Shown in pieces: positions 1 to 9,708 of a stretch of DNA of 64,000 nt. The position numbers and the translations under genes were made by a program. The DNA lies in assembly GCA_963695095.1 (NCBI GenBank), contig CAVOFT010000001.1, positions 3,546,529 to 3,610,528 on the forward strand, read 5' to 3'. Within the stretch, counting starts at the first letter, position 1. Every line of letters begins with the position of its first letter. Under the pieces are notes generated by a model that did no database searches, was not told the origin of the DNA, and was given only the letters and a program-made list of their open reading frames with translations. The stretch is from an uncultured bacterium. Its GTDB lineage: Bacteria; Krumholzibacteriota; Krumholzibacteriia; JACNKJ01.

Positions 1-2
1 AG

Positions 3-866
3 GCGCTGGGCTGGCTGCCCGCCCAGCGCGAGGCGGCCCTCGCGCGACTCGCCGCGCGCCTGGCGGCGCCGGGGCCGCGGCTGGCGCCGCCCGCCGAGCT
101 CGCCCCCGGCATCAGCCCGCACGCGCCCTACAGCAGCCATCCTGCCCTCTACCGCGAGCTCTTCGCGCTGGCGCGCGAGCGCGGCCTGCCGCTCTCCACG
201 CATCTGGCCGAGACCGAGGACGAGCGCCGCTGCGAGCGCGAGCACGCCGGGTCTCTCGCCGCGTTGCGCGAGCGCCTGGGCTGGCTGGCCGAGGGGCCGC
301 GCCTGTGGAACGGGGGAGCGAGTGTCGTCGACTGGCTTCTGGATGCAGCGCCGGTGCCGGCGCTGCAGATCGTCCACGGCACCTGGCTCGACGAGGAGGA
401 GATCGCGCGGCTCGCGGCCCGGCCCGAGATCAGCGTGGCCTACTGCCCGGGCTCGGTGGCCTGGTTCCATGGCGGCGAGGACGCGCATCCCGTCCTCGCC
501 ATGCTCGCGGCCGGGCTTCCCGTCGCGCTCGGCACGGACTCGCTGGCCAGCAGCCCCACGCTGAACCTGCCGCTCACCTGCACGCTCGCGAGGCGCGCGC
601 ACCCCGAACTCACGCCCGGGCAGCTCTTGTGGATGGTCACGCGGGCGGGAGCCCTGGGCCTCGGCTTCCCGGAGCACGGCGAGCTGCGCGCGGGCGGCCC
701 GGCGGACTTCGTGGCCTTCGACCTGCCGGGGCGGCGGCGGACGGCGACCCCTGGCGTGGCCGAGGCCGTCGAGGGAGCGCTGCTCTCGGGCTATCAGGTG
801 CCGGGGCTGTCCGTGATCGGCGGCCTCGCGCACGCCTTCGCCGCCATCAAGCCCTTCCCGGTCTAG
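3..866 (+). CDS. Amidohydrolase family protein (MTA/SAH- or aminofutalosine-deaminase-like), 5'-truncated by window
   Basis: Frame open from position 3: SPHAPYS, THLAET, VHGTWL, YCPGS and LGTDSLAS metal-dependent amidohydrolase motifs. Confidence 0.8.
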   Translation, partial: ALGWLPAQREAALARLAARLAAPGPRLAPPAELAPGISPHAPYSSHPALYRELFALARERGLPLSTHLAETEDERRCEREHAGSLAALRERLGWLAEGPRLWNGGASVVDWLLDAAPVPALQIVHGTWLDEEEIARLAARPEISVAYCPGSVAWFHGGEDAHPVLAMLAAGLPVALGTDSLASSPTLNLPLTCTLARRAHPELTPGQLLWMVTRAGALGLGFPEHGELRAGGPADFVAFDLPGRRRTATPGVAEAVEGALLSGYQVPGLSVIGGLAHAFAAIKPFPV

Positions 867-2104
867 TCGGTGAGGCCGCGCCCCTCGACGCAGAGCGTCT
901 CGATGAGATCCAGCTCGCGGGCGACGCGCGCGTCCCAGGAGTCGAAGCCGGCGGCGCTGCGGCGCGCACCCGTGGCCAGGCGCGCGCGCAGGGCCTCGTC
1001 CTCGAGGACCGCGCGCAGGGCGGCGAGCAGGGCCGCGTCGTCCCCGGGCGGCACGAGGCGGCCGTTGGCGCCATCCACCACCATCTCGCCCGTGCCGGCC
1101 ACGTCGGTGGCCACGACCGGGCAGCCCATCACCATGGCCTCGCAGGTGGGGATGGACCCGTTGGAGTAGGTGTTCAGCGTGAGGAAGCAGTCCGCGGCGG
1201 CGAAGAGCGGCGGCACGGCGTCGTGGGCCACGGCGCCCAGGAAGAGGACGCGCTCGGCTTCCACCAGGCCGGCGGCCGCGCGGCGCATCCAGGCCTCGTC
1301 CTCGCCGCTGCCGGCGATCAGCACGCGCAGGGGACGCCGGCACTCGGCGAGCAGGCGCGGCAGGATGCGCATGAGCTGGCGGGTGCCCTTGAAGGGGGAC
1401 AGCCGCGCGAGGAAGAGCAGAACGGCCTCGTCCGGCGCCGCGCCCAGTTGCGCCCGCTCGCCCTCGCGATCGAGGGCCAGCTCGCCCCACTCGGTGTGAA
1501 TGCCGTTGAGCAGGTAGACGATGCGTCCGGCCGGCACGCCCGCCGCGAGGGCGGCCTCGCGCCCGCGCGTGCCGTCGTTGAGGATGACGAGCCGGTCCAC
1601 CGGGCGCGTGAGGCCGTAGAGGGTCTCCCAGTTCTTGTAGCGATACTTGAGGCGCGGCCACTGGTCGAAGAAGCCGGCCGTGTAGACGCCGAAGTGCTTG
1701 ACCACGCTCGGAATCCCCAGCTCGCGCCCGATGGCTTCCGCCGCGCGCGCACCGTGGTAGCTGAAGCCGAGCACCAACTGAGGTTTCACGGTGCGAGCAA
1801 CCCTCAGCGCGCGGCGGACCACCGGACCGCAGTACCAGCCCATCCAGAGCAGGCGCCTCAGCGGCGTGGGCAGCCAGCGCGTGCTGCGGGTGATGTCGGG
1901 AAAGGGGTGCAGCAGGAGGCGCGGGTGTCGCTCGCCCGCGTCGAAGTTGCCGCCGGCCGGCAGCACGAAGTGCAGTTCGTGGCCCGCGGCGAGCGCCCGG
2001 CGCACGAACTCGGCGTCGTCGCTGACCCCGGCCTTGCCGGGCATCGACCAGAAGTCCGCCCAGGGCGTGACGATGAGGATGCGGCGGGGCTGCCTCGGCT
2101 GCAT
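863..2104 (-). CDS. Glycosyltransferase family 4
   Basis: GT-B motifs LARLSPFKG and EAMVMGCPVVATDVAG. Confidence 0.85.
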   Translation of the reverse strand: MQPRQPRRILIVTPWADFWSMPGKAGVSDDAEFVRRALAAGHELHFVLPAGGNFDAGERHPRLLLHPFPDITRSTRWLPTPLRRLLWMGWYCGPVVRRALRVARTVKPQLVLGFSYHGARAAEAIGRELGIPSVVKHFGVYTAGFFDQWPRLKYRYKNWETLYGLTRPVDRLVILNDGTRGREAALAAGVPAGRIVYLLNGIHTEWGELALDREGERAQLGAAPDEAVLLFLARLSPFKGTRQLMRILPRLLAECRRPLRVLIAGSGEDEAWMRRAAAGLVEAERVLFLGAVAHDAVPPLFAAADCFLTLNTYSNGSIPTCEAMVMGCPVVATDVAGTGEMVVDGANGRLVPPGDDAALLAALRAVLEDEALRARLATGARRSAAGFDSWDARVARELDLIETLCVEGRGLTD

Positions 2105-2183
2105 GGGGCGAGCCTAGCATGCGGGCGGCCGGCCGGGAAGCGGGGCTTGTGGCCGCCGTGGCGCTTGCGCTAGCCTGCGAGGC

Positions 2184-2687
2184 ATGCCCACGCGCCGCGA
2201 CGCCTTGCTCTGGCCGCTCGCCCTCCTGGCCATCTTCGCAGGCGGCACGCTGCTCTTCGCGCTGCTGTGGATGCCGATCTGGCTGCGTCCCTTCGGCTGG
2301 ACCCTGCAGCGCACGGCCCTGGCCGGCCTGGTGCTCGCGCTGATTCCGCTCACCTATGGCCGGCGGCGGGCGGACGAGGCGGCGCGGCTGAGCAGGGCGA
2401 GCCGCTGCCTGCTGCGTCCCCCCGGCTGGCCGGCCCTGGCCGCGAGTAGCCTTGCCGCCACCCTGCTCGCCACGGGCGCGCAGCTCCTGCTCATCCGCAG
2501 GAATCCGGATCTCTATCTGGCGCAGTACTGGCGGGAGGAGATCTGGGCGCTCTGGCTGCTCATGCTGCCGGCCAGCGCCCTGGGCCTGAGCGGACACGCG
2601 CTCTGGGTGCACCTGCGGGCGGATGGGTTGCGCGGCGCGCCGGAACAGCCCCCGGCCGAGGCGGCACCCGAGGAGCCGCCACGCTAG
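2184..2687 (+). CDS. Hypothetical membrane protein
   Basis: 167 aa, about 4 hydrophobic segments, GC3-rich codons. Confidence 0.6.
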   Translation: MPTRRDALLWPLALLAIFAGGTLLFALLWMPIWLRPFGWTLQRTALAGLVLALIPLTYGRRRADEAARLSRASRCLLRPPGWPALAASSLAATLLATGAQLLLIRRNPDLYLAQYWREEIWALWLLMLPASALGLSGHALWVHLRADGLRGAPEQPPAEAAPEEPPR

Positions 2688-2696
2688 CGGGGCCGG

Positions 2697-3404
2697 CTAG
2701 CCCAGGCCCAGCCAGTCGTCGACGAGGAAGATCACCCGGCCGATCAGGATCGACACGCGGCCCATGATCGTGTAGCCGAAGGCGGCGCCGAAGGACACCA
2801 TCAGGAACCAGATGCCCACCCGCCCGACGCCGCCCACAACACCCTTGTGCTCGGCCGAGAAGAAGAAGTAGACGAGCACGGCCAGCACCCCGACCACGAA
2901 GACGAGGCTGGAGATCCACTCGCCCGTGCTCACGGCCTGCGTTTGCGCCTCCACCCAGATCGGCAGTCGCTCCGGGATGAAGCGCCAGAAGCTGCGGATG
3001 GTGTCGGCCGACTGCGGCAGCACCTCGCCCTGCAGCTTCTGCATCATGTTCAGGCCCGTGTAGTAGCCCACGTAGACGGCCAGCGCGAAGCGGCTCACCC
3101 AGGCGATCTTGGGGATGTAGCGCGTGTAGAGGATGAGCGCGAGCAGGAAGGGCACGACGAGCAGCCACTGCTGCGTCGTGTGCACCGGGTAGCGCTCGGG
3201 GCTGTAGGCCGGTCCGGCGTGGAAGAGCGGCGCGATCAGGTTGGGCACGAAGGTGTTCTTGAAGGTCAGGTTGATGTAGTAGCCCATGCTGATGCCGGCG
3301 AAGGCGCTTTCCGCAAACCGGAAGAAGGGGTTGTCCTTGTAGAGGAAGCTCAAGATGAAGAGCGTGAAGAGCGCTCCGACCCAGACCCAGACTTCGGTGG
3401 ACAT
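2697..3404 (-). CDS. Uncharacterised multi-TM protein, last gene of the DUF6754-like module
   Basis: MSTEVWVWVGALFTLFILSFLYKDNPFFRFAE...FLMVSFGAAFGYTIMGR; GGGAG RBS; about 6 TM. Confidence 0.75.
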   Translation of the reverse strand: MSTEVWVWVGALFTLFILSFLYKDNPFFRFAESAFAGISMGYYINLTFKNTFVPNLIAPLFHAGPAYSPERYPVHTTQQWLLVVPFLLALILYTRYIPKIAWVSRFALAVYVGYYTGLNMMQKLQGEVLPQSADTIRSFWRFIPERLPIWVEAQTQAVSTGEWISSLVFVVGVLAVLVYFFFSAEHKGVVGGVGRVGIWFLMVSFGAAFGYTIMGRVSILIGRVIFLVDDWLGLG

Positions 3405-3412
3405 AAGCTCCC

Positions 3413-4321
3413 CTACTGCCGACCGCGCTGACGCCGCTCCACGAGGAAGCCGACGTTGCCGATGATGATGAAGAGCGTGATGATCGAGTAGACGATGGAC
3501 TGCACGTCCCAGCCCTTGCCGGCGTTGTAGACGTCGGCGGCGGTCGCCGTCGCGACCCGGGGGTGCTTCTGCTCGACCAGGTACTCGTACTCCGCGGCGC
3601 CCTTGAGCCCGGGCAGGAGCGCGAACATCTGCCCCGCCTTGTAGTAGGCGAAGTACTTGGGCGCGCTCACCGCCGTGCAGCCCACCGCCACGGGCGTGCC
3701 GTACTGGGCGTTGACCAGATTCGCCCACCACTCGCCGATGATGCCGGTGGCGAAGCTCATGACGAAGGCGACGTCATCGTAGCCCTGCACCGTGTTGGAC
3801 AGCTCGTACTCGGTGACCGACGCCTGGAAGTACTCCTGGGGGAACACCGCGTGGACGTTCTCGCCCATCTGCCGCATCGTGGCCTGGCCGCCGTCCTTGT
3901 AGCCCAGGTAGACGAAGTCCTTGCCGTAGAACTTGCCGGGGAAGGCCGTGCTCTCGAGCTTGCCCGTCGCCGGGTCGATGTCGCCCACCGCGCGCTGCAA
4001 TTCCTCGAGCCCCTCGGTCACGCCGCCCAGCGGATAGAGCGCGATGCAGATCACCTTGATGTCCCGCGCCATGCAGTGCCGGATGAAGGTGTCGGCCATC
4101 GGGTCGTTCTCGGGGCCCGTCGAGGGGCCGTAGTCGAAGGAGGCGAGCACGATCGAGCCCGCCGGCAGGCTCTCGACGCGATCGTAGAGGTCCTGCACGG
4201 ACTGGGCGACATTCACCGGCAGGTTGAGCGGCGCCAGGATGGGAATCACCGCGGCGAGGCCGACGAGGAGGAAGAGCCAGCGCCGGTCGAGGTTCATCAA
4301 GCGCTGGAAGAGATCAGTCAC
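3413..4321 (-). CDS. Uncharacterised membrane-anchored protein of the DUF6754-like module
   Basis: N- and C-terminal TM flanking a soluble domain; DYGPS and GLKGAAEYE motifs. Confidence 0.75.
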   Translation of the reverse strand: MTDLFQRLMNLDRRWLFLLVGLAAVIPILAPLNLPVNVAQSVQDLYDRVESLPAGSIVLASFDYGPSTGPENDPMADTFIRHCMARDIKVICIALYPLGGVTEGLEELQRAVGDIDPATGKLESTAFPGKFYGKDFVYLGYKDGGQATMRQMGENVHAVFPQEYFQASVTEYELSNTVQGYDDVAFVMSFATGIIGEWWANLVNAQYGTPVAVGCTAVSAPKYFAYYKAGQMFALLPGLKGAAEYEYLVEQKHPRVATATAADVYNAGKGWDVQSIVYSIITLFIIIGNVGFLVERRQRGRQ

Positions 4322-4322
4322 G

Positions 4323-5009
4323 CTACTCTCCCTTCTGCAGGCCGAGGTAGGAGCGCTCGATGCCGATCAGGATGCGCAGGGCCATCGAGGCCGCGCCCAG
4401 CGCCGCCCCGATGATGATGCCGCGCTGCGCCGCCGCGTTGGGAATGTTCAGGGTCCACTGGGTGAGATCGGGCAGGAAGGGCAAGACGCGCACCACGTAG
4501 GGGTTGACGCCCAGCATGATGAGAAGCGCGGCCGCCAGCAGGATGCCCGCCTCCAGGTTGCGCACGCGGAAGGCGCGGAAGGCGGCCGAGGCCACGTAGA
4601 AGGCGAGCAGGCTGAACATCGTCGCCTGCAGCGGCTTGAAGCCGGCCTCGACGATCCAGTTGTAGGCGGCGTGCGCGTACCAGGCCGTGTTCTCCACGCG
4701 CGCGAAGGCGTCCCAGAGGCCGAAGACGGCGGTGACGATGAGCGCGGTCAGGAAGACCCCGGCGTAGGGCCAGCCCTGGCTGCGATTGGAGATCTTCTTG
4801 AGATTGACCTGGAACACGTTGACGACGCCGAGCAGGAGCGCGCCCGCGGCGAGGATCACCATCCACTGCTCGAAGGTGTCGCTGACCTGCACGACGCCGT
4901 TGCCGCCGGGATCGTCCCTGAGCACCGCCGGCGATCTGAAGAAGAAGGACAGGATCGGCAACATGCCGGCGATGAAGGTGAGCAGGAGCGGGAGTCGCTT
5001 CTTGAACAT
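4323..5009 (-). CDS. Uncharacterised multi-TM protein of the DUF6754-like module
   Basis: ATMFSLLAFYVASAAFRAFR...RGIIIG...RILIGIERSYLG; GAGGA RBS. Confidence 0.75.
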   Translation of the reverse strand: MFKKRLPLLLTFIAGMLPILSFFFRSPAVLRDDPGGNGVVQVSDTFEQWMVILAAGALLLGVVNVFQVNLKKISNRSQGWPYAGVFLTALIVTAVFGLWDAFARVENTAWYAHAAYNWIVEAGFKPLQATMFSLLAFYVASAAFRAFRVRNLEAGILLAAALLIMLGVNPYVVRVLPFLPDLTQWTLNIPNAAAQRGIIIGAALGAASMALRILIGIERSYLGLQKGE

Positions 5010-5019
5010 GCTGTCCTCT

Positions 5020-5895
5020 CTACTGCGGCATCAGCCAATCTTGCATCGCGAAGTTGCTCGTGAAGGTGACGATCAGGATGCCGACGACGATCCACACGAG
5101 CAGGATCAACTTGACGAAGTCCTGGCCCTTGACGCTGCCCAGCATGATCGGCTCGCGCGAGAGATAGGCGCTGGCCGCGTAGAGCTCCTCACCGATCAGG
5201 GTGTAGTCGCAGGTGACGACGAAGAAGGGGATCTGGGCCACCTCGGCCGTGCCCGCGATCTGGATCGCGCCCGTCGACTGTCCGGCCTCGGCCAGCAGCA
5301 GGCTCTCGGCATAGAAGGAGCCGATCAGGAAGTTCGCCGCCGGCTTCTCGCGCACCATGATCCCCGACACCGCGGCGGTGTAGGCGAACTGGTCGTAGGT
5401 GACGTAGTGCACCATCTCGTCGCTGAAGAGATCCGGCCGGCCCGCCTCCAGGTAGGCCTCCTTCACCGTCTCGCGGGCGGCGGCGTAGGTGAGCGGGTCC
5501 TTGTTGGGCACGTCCAGGGGCGTGCCGTACTCGGCCGTGTGCTTGGCGACGTGCTTGAGCACGGCGAGCGAGGCCAGGGTCTGCACCTCGTCGATGGACA
5601 TGATGCCCGGCACGTAGAGCACCTTGCGCCCCAGCTCGGTGGCGCGGCCGATGGCCTCCTCGACCGCGTTGAGACCGGCGATGCGGCGCACGTAGAGCGA
5701 GTGGCCCGTCCGCGCCATGTGAATGCTGACCAGGATCACGATCGTGAAGACGGCGAACAGGACGAGCGCGGCGAGATTCTCCATCCGGAGGCCCCAGCCC
5801 CCGCCGGGCTCCTGGGCCGCTGCCGGCCCCGCGCGCAGGACGAGCAGCAAGAGGGCGGCGCCCAGCGGCGCCAGACGGCTGCGGTGTCTGTCCAT
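5020..5895 (-). CDS. DUF6754-like domain membrane protein
   Basis: RRIAGLNAVEEAIGRATELG, FYAESLLLAE, QIPFFVVTCDYTLIGEELYAASAYLS; GAGGGAG RBS; N-terminal signal-like segment. Confidence 0.75.
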   Translation of the reverse strand: MDRHRSRLAPLGAALLLLVLRAGPAAAQEPGGGWGLRMENLAALVLFAVFTIVILVSIHMARTGHSLYVRRIAGLNAVEEAIGRATELGRKVLYVPGIMSIDEVQTLASLAVLKHVAKHTAEYGTPLDVPNKDPLTYAAARETVKEAYLEAGRPDLFSDEMVHYVTYDQFAYTAAVSGIMVREKPAANFLIGSFYAESLLLAEAGQSTGAIQIAGTAEVAQIPFFVVTCDYTLIGEELYAASAYLSREPIMLGSVKGQDFVKLILLVWIVVGILIVTFTSNFAMQDWLMPQ

Positions 5896-6027
5896 GGAAC
5901 TCCCTCGAGGTGGCGGGGACCGTGAACGATGGGCGGCGCGATGGCGCTGCCGCCGAATCCTAGCCGCGCGGCAGTGCCCGGGGCAAGGGAAACCAGGCCC
6001 CAAGGCCGGGAATCGCCGAGGTGTTGC

Positions 6028-7119
6028 TTAGTCCATGGCCGCCGGCAGCGCCTCGGCGAAGACGGCCAGTTCCGCAGGCGTGCCCACGCTGACGCGGAAG
6101 AGATCGGGAAAGCCGAAGGCCGCCAGCGGTCGCACCACGACGCCGCGCTCGAGCAGCCGGCGGCAGAGGCGCGCACAGCGCTCGGCATCCCCGACCGCCA
6201 CGGCCAGGAAGTTCGTGTGGCTGGGCAGCGCCTCGAGACCTGCGGCGGCGAGCGTCGCCCGCAGCGTCTCGAGGCCGGCCGCCGTCCCCTGCACCGTGCG
6301 GCGGAGGAAGTCCTCGTCTTCGAGTGCGGCCAGTCCCGCCACCTGGGCGAGATGGCTGGGCTCGAAGGGCAGCTTGACCTTGAGCAGGTTGCCCACCAGC
6401 TCGTCGTGGGCGAAGCCGTAGCCGATGCGCAGGCCGGCGAGGCCGTAGGCCTTCGAGAAGGTGCGCAGGGTGATCACGTTGTCGTAGCGATAGGTCATCG
6501 AGTCCGGGAAGGAGGGCTCGGCGGCCGTGAACTCGAAGTAGGCCTCGTCATAGATGACCAGGCAGCGATCCGGCACCTTGGCCATGAAGGCGTCGAACTC
6601 GGCGCGGGTGAAGATGGTCCCCGTCGGATTGTCCGGGTTGGCCAGGTAGATGATCTTCGTGTACTCGCTCACCCGCTCGCCCATGGCCGCCAGGTCGTAG
6701 CGGTGATCCGGCCGCCGCGGCACCAGGGTCAGCTTGTTGCCGCTCGCGCGGGCCAGCACCATGAAGCCGATGAAGGTGTTCTCGGCGGTGAGGATCTCGT
6801 CCTCGTCGCAGAGGAAGGTGCGCATCACGGTGGCCATGATGCCCTCGCTGCCGCTGCCCACGGCCACGTTCTCGAGTCGAACGGAGAAGCGGGCGGCCAG
6901 GGCCTCGCGCAGGGCGCGGGCCGTCATGTCCGGGTAGCGGTGCAGTTCCCCGACCGCGTCGGCGATGGCCGCCAGCGCCTTGGGCGAGGGCCCCCAGGGG
7001 TTCTCGTTGCTGGCCAGCTTGACGATGCGCTCCAGGCCCAGCTCCCGCCGCACCTCGGCGATGGGCTTTCCGGGCGAGTAGGGCTCGAGCTCCTTGATGG
7101 ACTGGGGCACCAGCGGCAT
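6028..7119 (-). CDS. hisC: Histidinol-phosphate aminotransferase
   Basis: YSPGKP, KLASNENP, NPDNPTG, DEAY and RTFSKAYGLAGLRIGY PLP motifs. Confidence 0.9.
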   Translation of the reverse strand: MPLVPQSIKELEPYSPGKPIAEVRRELGLERIVKLASNENPWGPSPKALAAIADAVGELHRYPDMTARALREALAARFSVRLENVAVGSGSEGIMATVMRTFLCDEDEILTAENTFIGFMVLARASGNKLTLVPRRPDHRYDLAAMGERVSEYTKIIYLANPDNPTGTIFTRAEFDAFMAKVPDRCLVIYDEAYFEFTAAEPSFPDSMTYRYDNVITLRTFSKAYGLAGLRIGYGFAHDELVGNLLKVKLPFEPSHLAQVAGLAALEDEDFLRRTVQGTAAGLETLRATLAAAGLEALPSHTNFLAVAVGDAERCARLCRRLLERGVVVRPLAAFGFPDLFRVSVGTPAELAVFAEALPAAMD

Positions 7120-7286
7120 GGGTGGTCTCCGGGGCGGGGGACAGGCCCGGCGGGCGTCGCCGCGGACCGCCGGCAGCTTAGCCGCTGCCCGTTCGAGCGG
7201 CAAGCCCGGTGGCTACATCGGGGTTTCGCGTCTACACTTGACCTGAGGGCCCCCCGGCCCGCTACCCCAGACAGGCGAGGGATGGC

Positions 7287-7733
7287 ATGCACGCGGAGAA
7301 ACTACGTTTCGCCGAACTGTGGAGAGAGGCGGCGGTGTGGGGTTCGGTGATCCAGATCCGCGGCGAGAGCGTGCTCTTCAAGCCCCGGACCGCCACCCAG
7401 GCCCTGTGGCTCTTCCTGGACGGCAGCGGCCCACCGCCGGCCGTGGGAGAGACGCAACTCGTTATCAATCCAGCAGTTTTCGAATGCAAGCGGATAATCC
7501 CCCGCCACGGCGATGCGGTGAAGGTGCCCTGCCTGGACCTGCACAAGGACGAGCTGGAGCGCGCCCGCGGCCGTTTCACCCGCCTGGCCGAGGGCGAACA
7601 GACCTTCGTGCTGGACGTCGGCTTCCCGCTCGTCGTCAGCGTGCTTCAGGATTGCCAGGAGCTTCGCCGCGCCCGCCCGGGCGAAATCCTGGAAATGGAC
7701 TTCGCCCCTCCGGCCCAGGGCCACCGACTCTGA
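7287..7733 (+). CDS. Hypothetical protein
   Basis: 148 aa ORF with GAGG RBS filling the gap between flanking genes. Confidence 0.55.
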   Translation: MHAEKLRFAELWREAAVWGSVIQIRGESVLFKPRTATQALWLFLDGSGPPPAVGETQLVINPAVFECKRIIPRHGDAVKVPCLDLHKDELERARGRFTRLAEGEQTFVLDVGFPLVVSVLQDCQELRRARPGEILEMDFAPPAQGHRL

Positions 7734-7928
7734 GCGATCCCCCCCGCGGGCGATGGATTCCCGGCGGGGCGGGCGCTGTGGAGTTGCTGCGCGCGAAATC
7801 CTGTACATGCTTGACATTTAAGCAGTTGTCTAGTTTCCATTGGCTTCCGGGACCTGGGCGTGCTATTCTTTCTCCACGCCTGTCACTCCGCTCGTCTCCG
7901 GCCACTCCCTGCTTGGAGGTTCTCTCTC

Positions 7929-9530
7929 ATGCTTAGTCTTTCGCGTCTGACGAAGACCGGCCTGCTGCTCGGCCTTCTGCTCGCGGCAGCAGCGCCCAGC
8001 CTCGCGGCCAGCGAGACCCCCTACCTCGATCAGAGTGCCTCCGCCATGATCGAAAACGCCGTTGCCCAGGTGGTCTTCAACGACCTCCGCAGCCTCATCG
8101 GCGAGGACGCGGCGATCGCCTGCATCGAGGCCGCCGACCGCAGCTACTGCCTGGCGCCCGACACCCCGCCGGAGGTGGCCGAGGAACTGCTGCGCAAGCT
8201 GCCCACCTGGATCGATTCCGACGGCGGCCGCTACATCCGCCAGGACCGCTGGAGCAGCACGGCCAGCGGCTACTCGGGGATCCTGGGCGACCCGATCATT
8301 CTCAGCTACAGCTTCGTGCCCGACGGCACCTGGATTCCCGGTGAAAGCCAGGGCAGCACCCTGTTCTCGACCTTCGACGCCCAGTTCGGCGACACCGAAA
8401 CCTGGAAGCAGAAGTTCCGCGATTCCTTCGCCCGCTGGGCCACCTTCATCGGCGTCACCTACGTCGAAGAGCCCACTGACGACGGCGCCGCCTTCCCGAA
8501 CAGCATCGGCATCCTGGGTGTGCGCGGCGACACGCGCGTCGCGGCGGCTAACATCGATGGCGGCAGCAACGTGCTCGCCTACACCTGGTACCCGGGCTCC
8601 GGTGGCGACATGGTCTTCGACACCAGCGAGTACTGGGCGAGCCCGACGAACAACTACCGCTTCGTCCGCAACGTCGTCATGCACGAGCACGGCCACTGCC
8701 TGGGTCTCGGTCACTGCGTGGCCAGCAACCATCAGTTGATGGAGGCCTACCTCGACCTGAGCATCGACGGCCCCCAGGACGACGACATCCGCGGCGGCAT
8801 GCGCAACTACGGCGACTACCTGGAGAAGAACAGCCTCGTCGCCGAGGCCACCGACTGGGGCCTCGTGCCCGCGGGCGCCTTCGCGCAGGAGAACGTCTCC
8901 CTGACCGCCTCCAACGACAACGACTACTTCAAGTTCACCATCGATAGCCCGCGGCTGCTGGACGTGACCCTCTCGCCCATCGGCTCCTACTACGTGCTCG
9001 AGGGCGTGGACATCAACACCGACCAGATCATGGACCTGGGCTTCGAGCTGCGCAGCGGTGACGGCTCGACGATCCTCACCACCATCAATGACGGGGGCAT
9101 GGGCGCCGCCGAGACGCTCGTCGACTACAGCTTGACGCCGGGCGACTACTGGCTGCGCGTGCGCCGCTTCGTGGGCAACGACACGCAGCGCTATCGCCTC
9201 GGTGTCAACCTGGAGGCCGTGGCGACGGCCGTCGGCGAGGCCGGCGTGCCGGCTCAGGGCCTGGCGCTGAGCGTCTACCCCACGCCCTTCAACCCGAAGA
9301 CGACGGCGCGCTTCTTCGTGCGCGAGGCAGGCAGCGTCAGCCTCGAGATCTTCAACGTGCAGGGTCGCCGGATCCAGGCCTTCGCGATGGAGGCGGCCGG
9401 CGGCGAGTGGTTGCAGGTGACCTGGAACGGCCGGGACGAGGCCGGAACCCCGGCGCCCAGCGGCCTCTACTTCCTGCGCGCGGCGAGCGGCAGCGAGAGC
9501 GAGACCGTTCGCGCCCTGCTTCTCAAGTAA
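7929..9530 (+). CDS. Secreted matrixin-like (M10) zinc metalloprotease with PPC-like domain and FlgD/T9SS-like C-terminal domain
   Basis: Signal peptide; HEHGHCLGLGH zinc motif and QLMEAY Met-turn; C-terminal YPTPFNPKT...WNGRDEAG..SGLYFLR. Confidence 0.85.
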   Translation: MLSLSRLTKTGLLLGLLLAAAAPSLAASETPYLDQSASAMIENAVAQVVFNDLRSLIGEDAAIACIEAADRSYCLAPDTPPEVAEELLRKLPTWIDSDGGRYIRQDRWSSTASGYSGILGDPIILSYSFVPDGTWIPGESQGSTLFSTFDAQFGDTETWKQKFRDSFARWATFIGVTYVEEPTDDGAAFPNSIGILGVRGDTRVAAANIDGGSNVLAYTWYPGSGGDMVFDTSEYWASPTNNYRFVRNVVMHEHGHCLGLGHCVASNHQLMEAYLDLSIDGPQDDDIRGGMRNYGDYLEKNSLVAEATDWGLVPAGAFAQENVSLTASNDNDYFKFTIDSPRLLDVTLSPIGSYYVLEGVDINTDQIMDLGFELRSGDGSTILTTINDGGMGAAETLVDYSLTPGDYWLRVRRFVGNDTQRYRLGVNLEAVATAVGEAGVPAQGLALSVYPTPFNPKTTARFFVREAGSVSLEIFNVQGRRIQAFAMEAAGGEWLQVTWNGRDEAGTPAPSGLYFLRAASGSESETVRALLLK

Positions 9531-9557
9531 GGCCTTTGCTTCATCGCGCTCCTCCCC

Positions 9558-9588
9558 AGCGGGGGCCTCGCTCGAGGCCCCCGCTTTT
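9558..9588 (+). terminator. Rho-independent terminator
   Basis: GCGGGGGCCTCG-ct-CGAGGCCCCCGC followed by TTTT after the protease gene. Confidence 0.85.
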
Positions 9589-9631
9589 CATCTTCATGCC
9601 ACCAGCCGTCTCTCGGGTAGCCCGTCGGGGC

Positions 9632-9664
9632 TCTTCATGGGATCTTTACGCGGTCTTGTTGGAT
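9632..9664 (+). promoter_or_regulatory. Pho box upstream of phoB
   Basis: 11-bp periodic units TCTTCATGGGA/TCTTTACGCGG/TCTTGTTGGAT; same CTTCAT-N5-CTTTAC core as upstream of pstS. Confidence 0.65.
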
Positions 9665-9708
9665 CTGGCATACCTTTGAGCGCCGAACTCCTGACCGGGA
9701 GGACGCCC

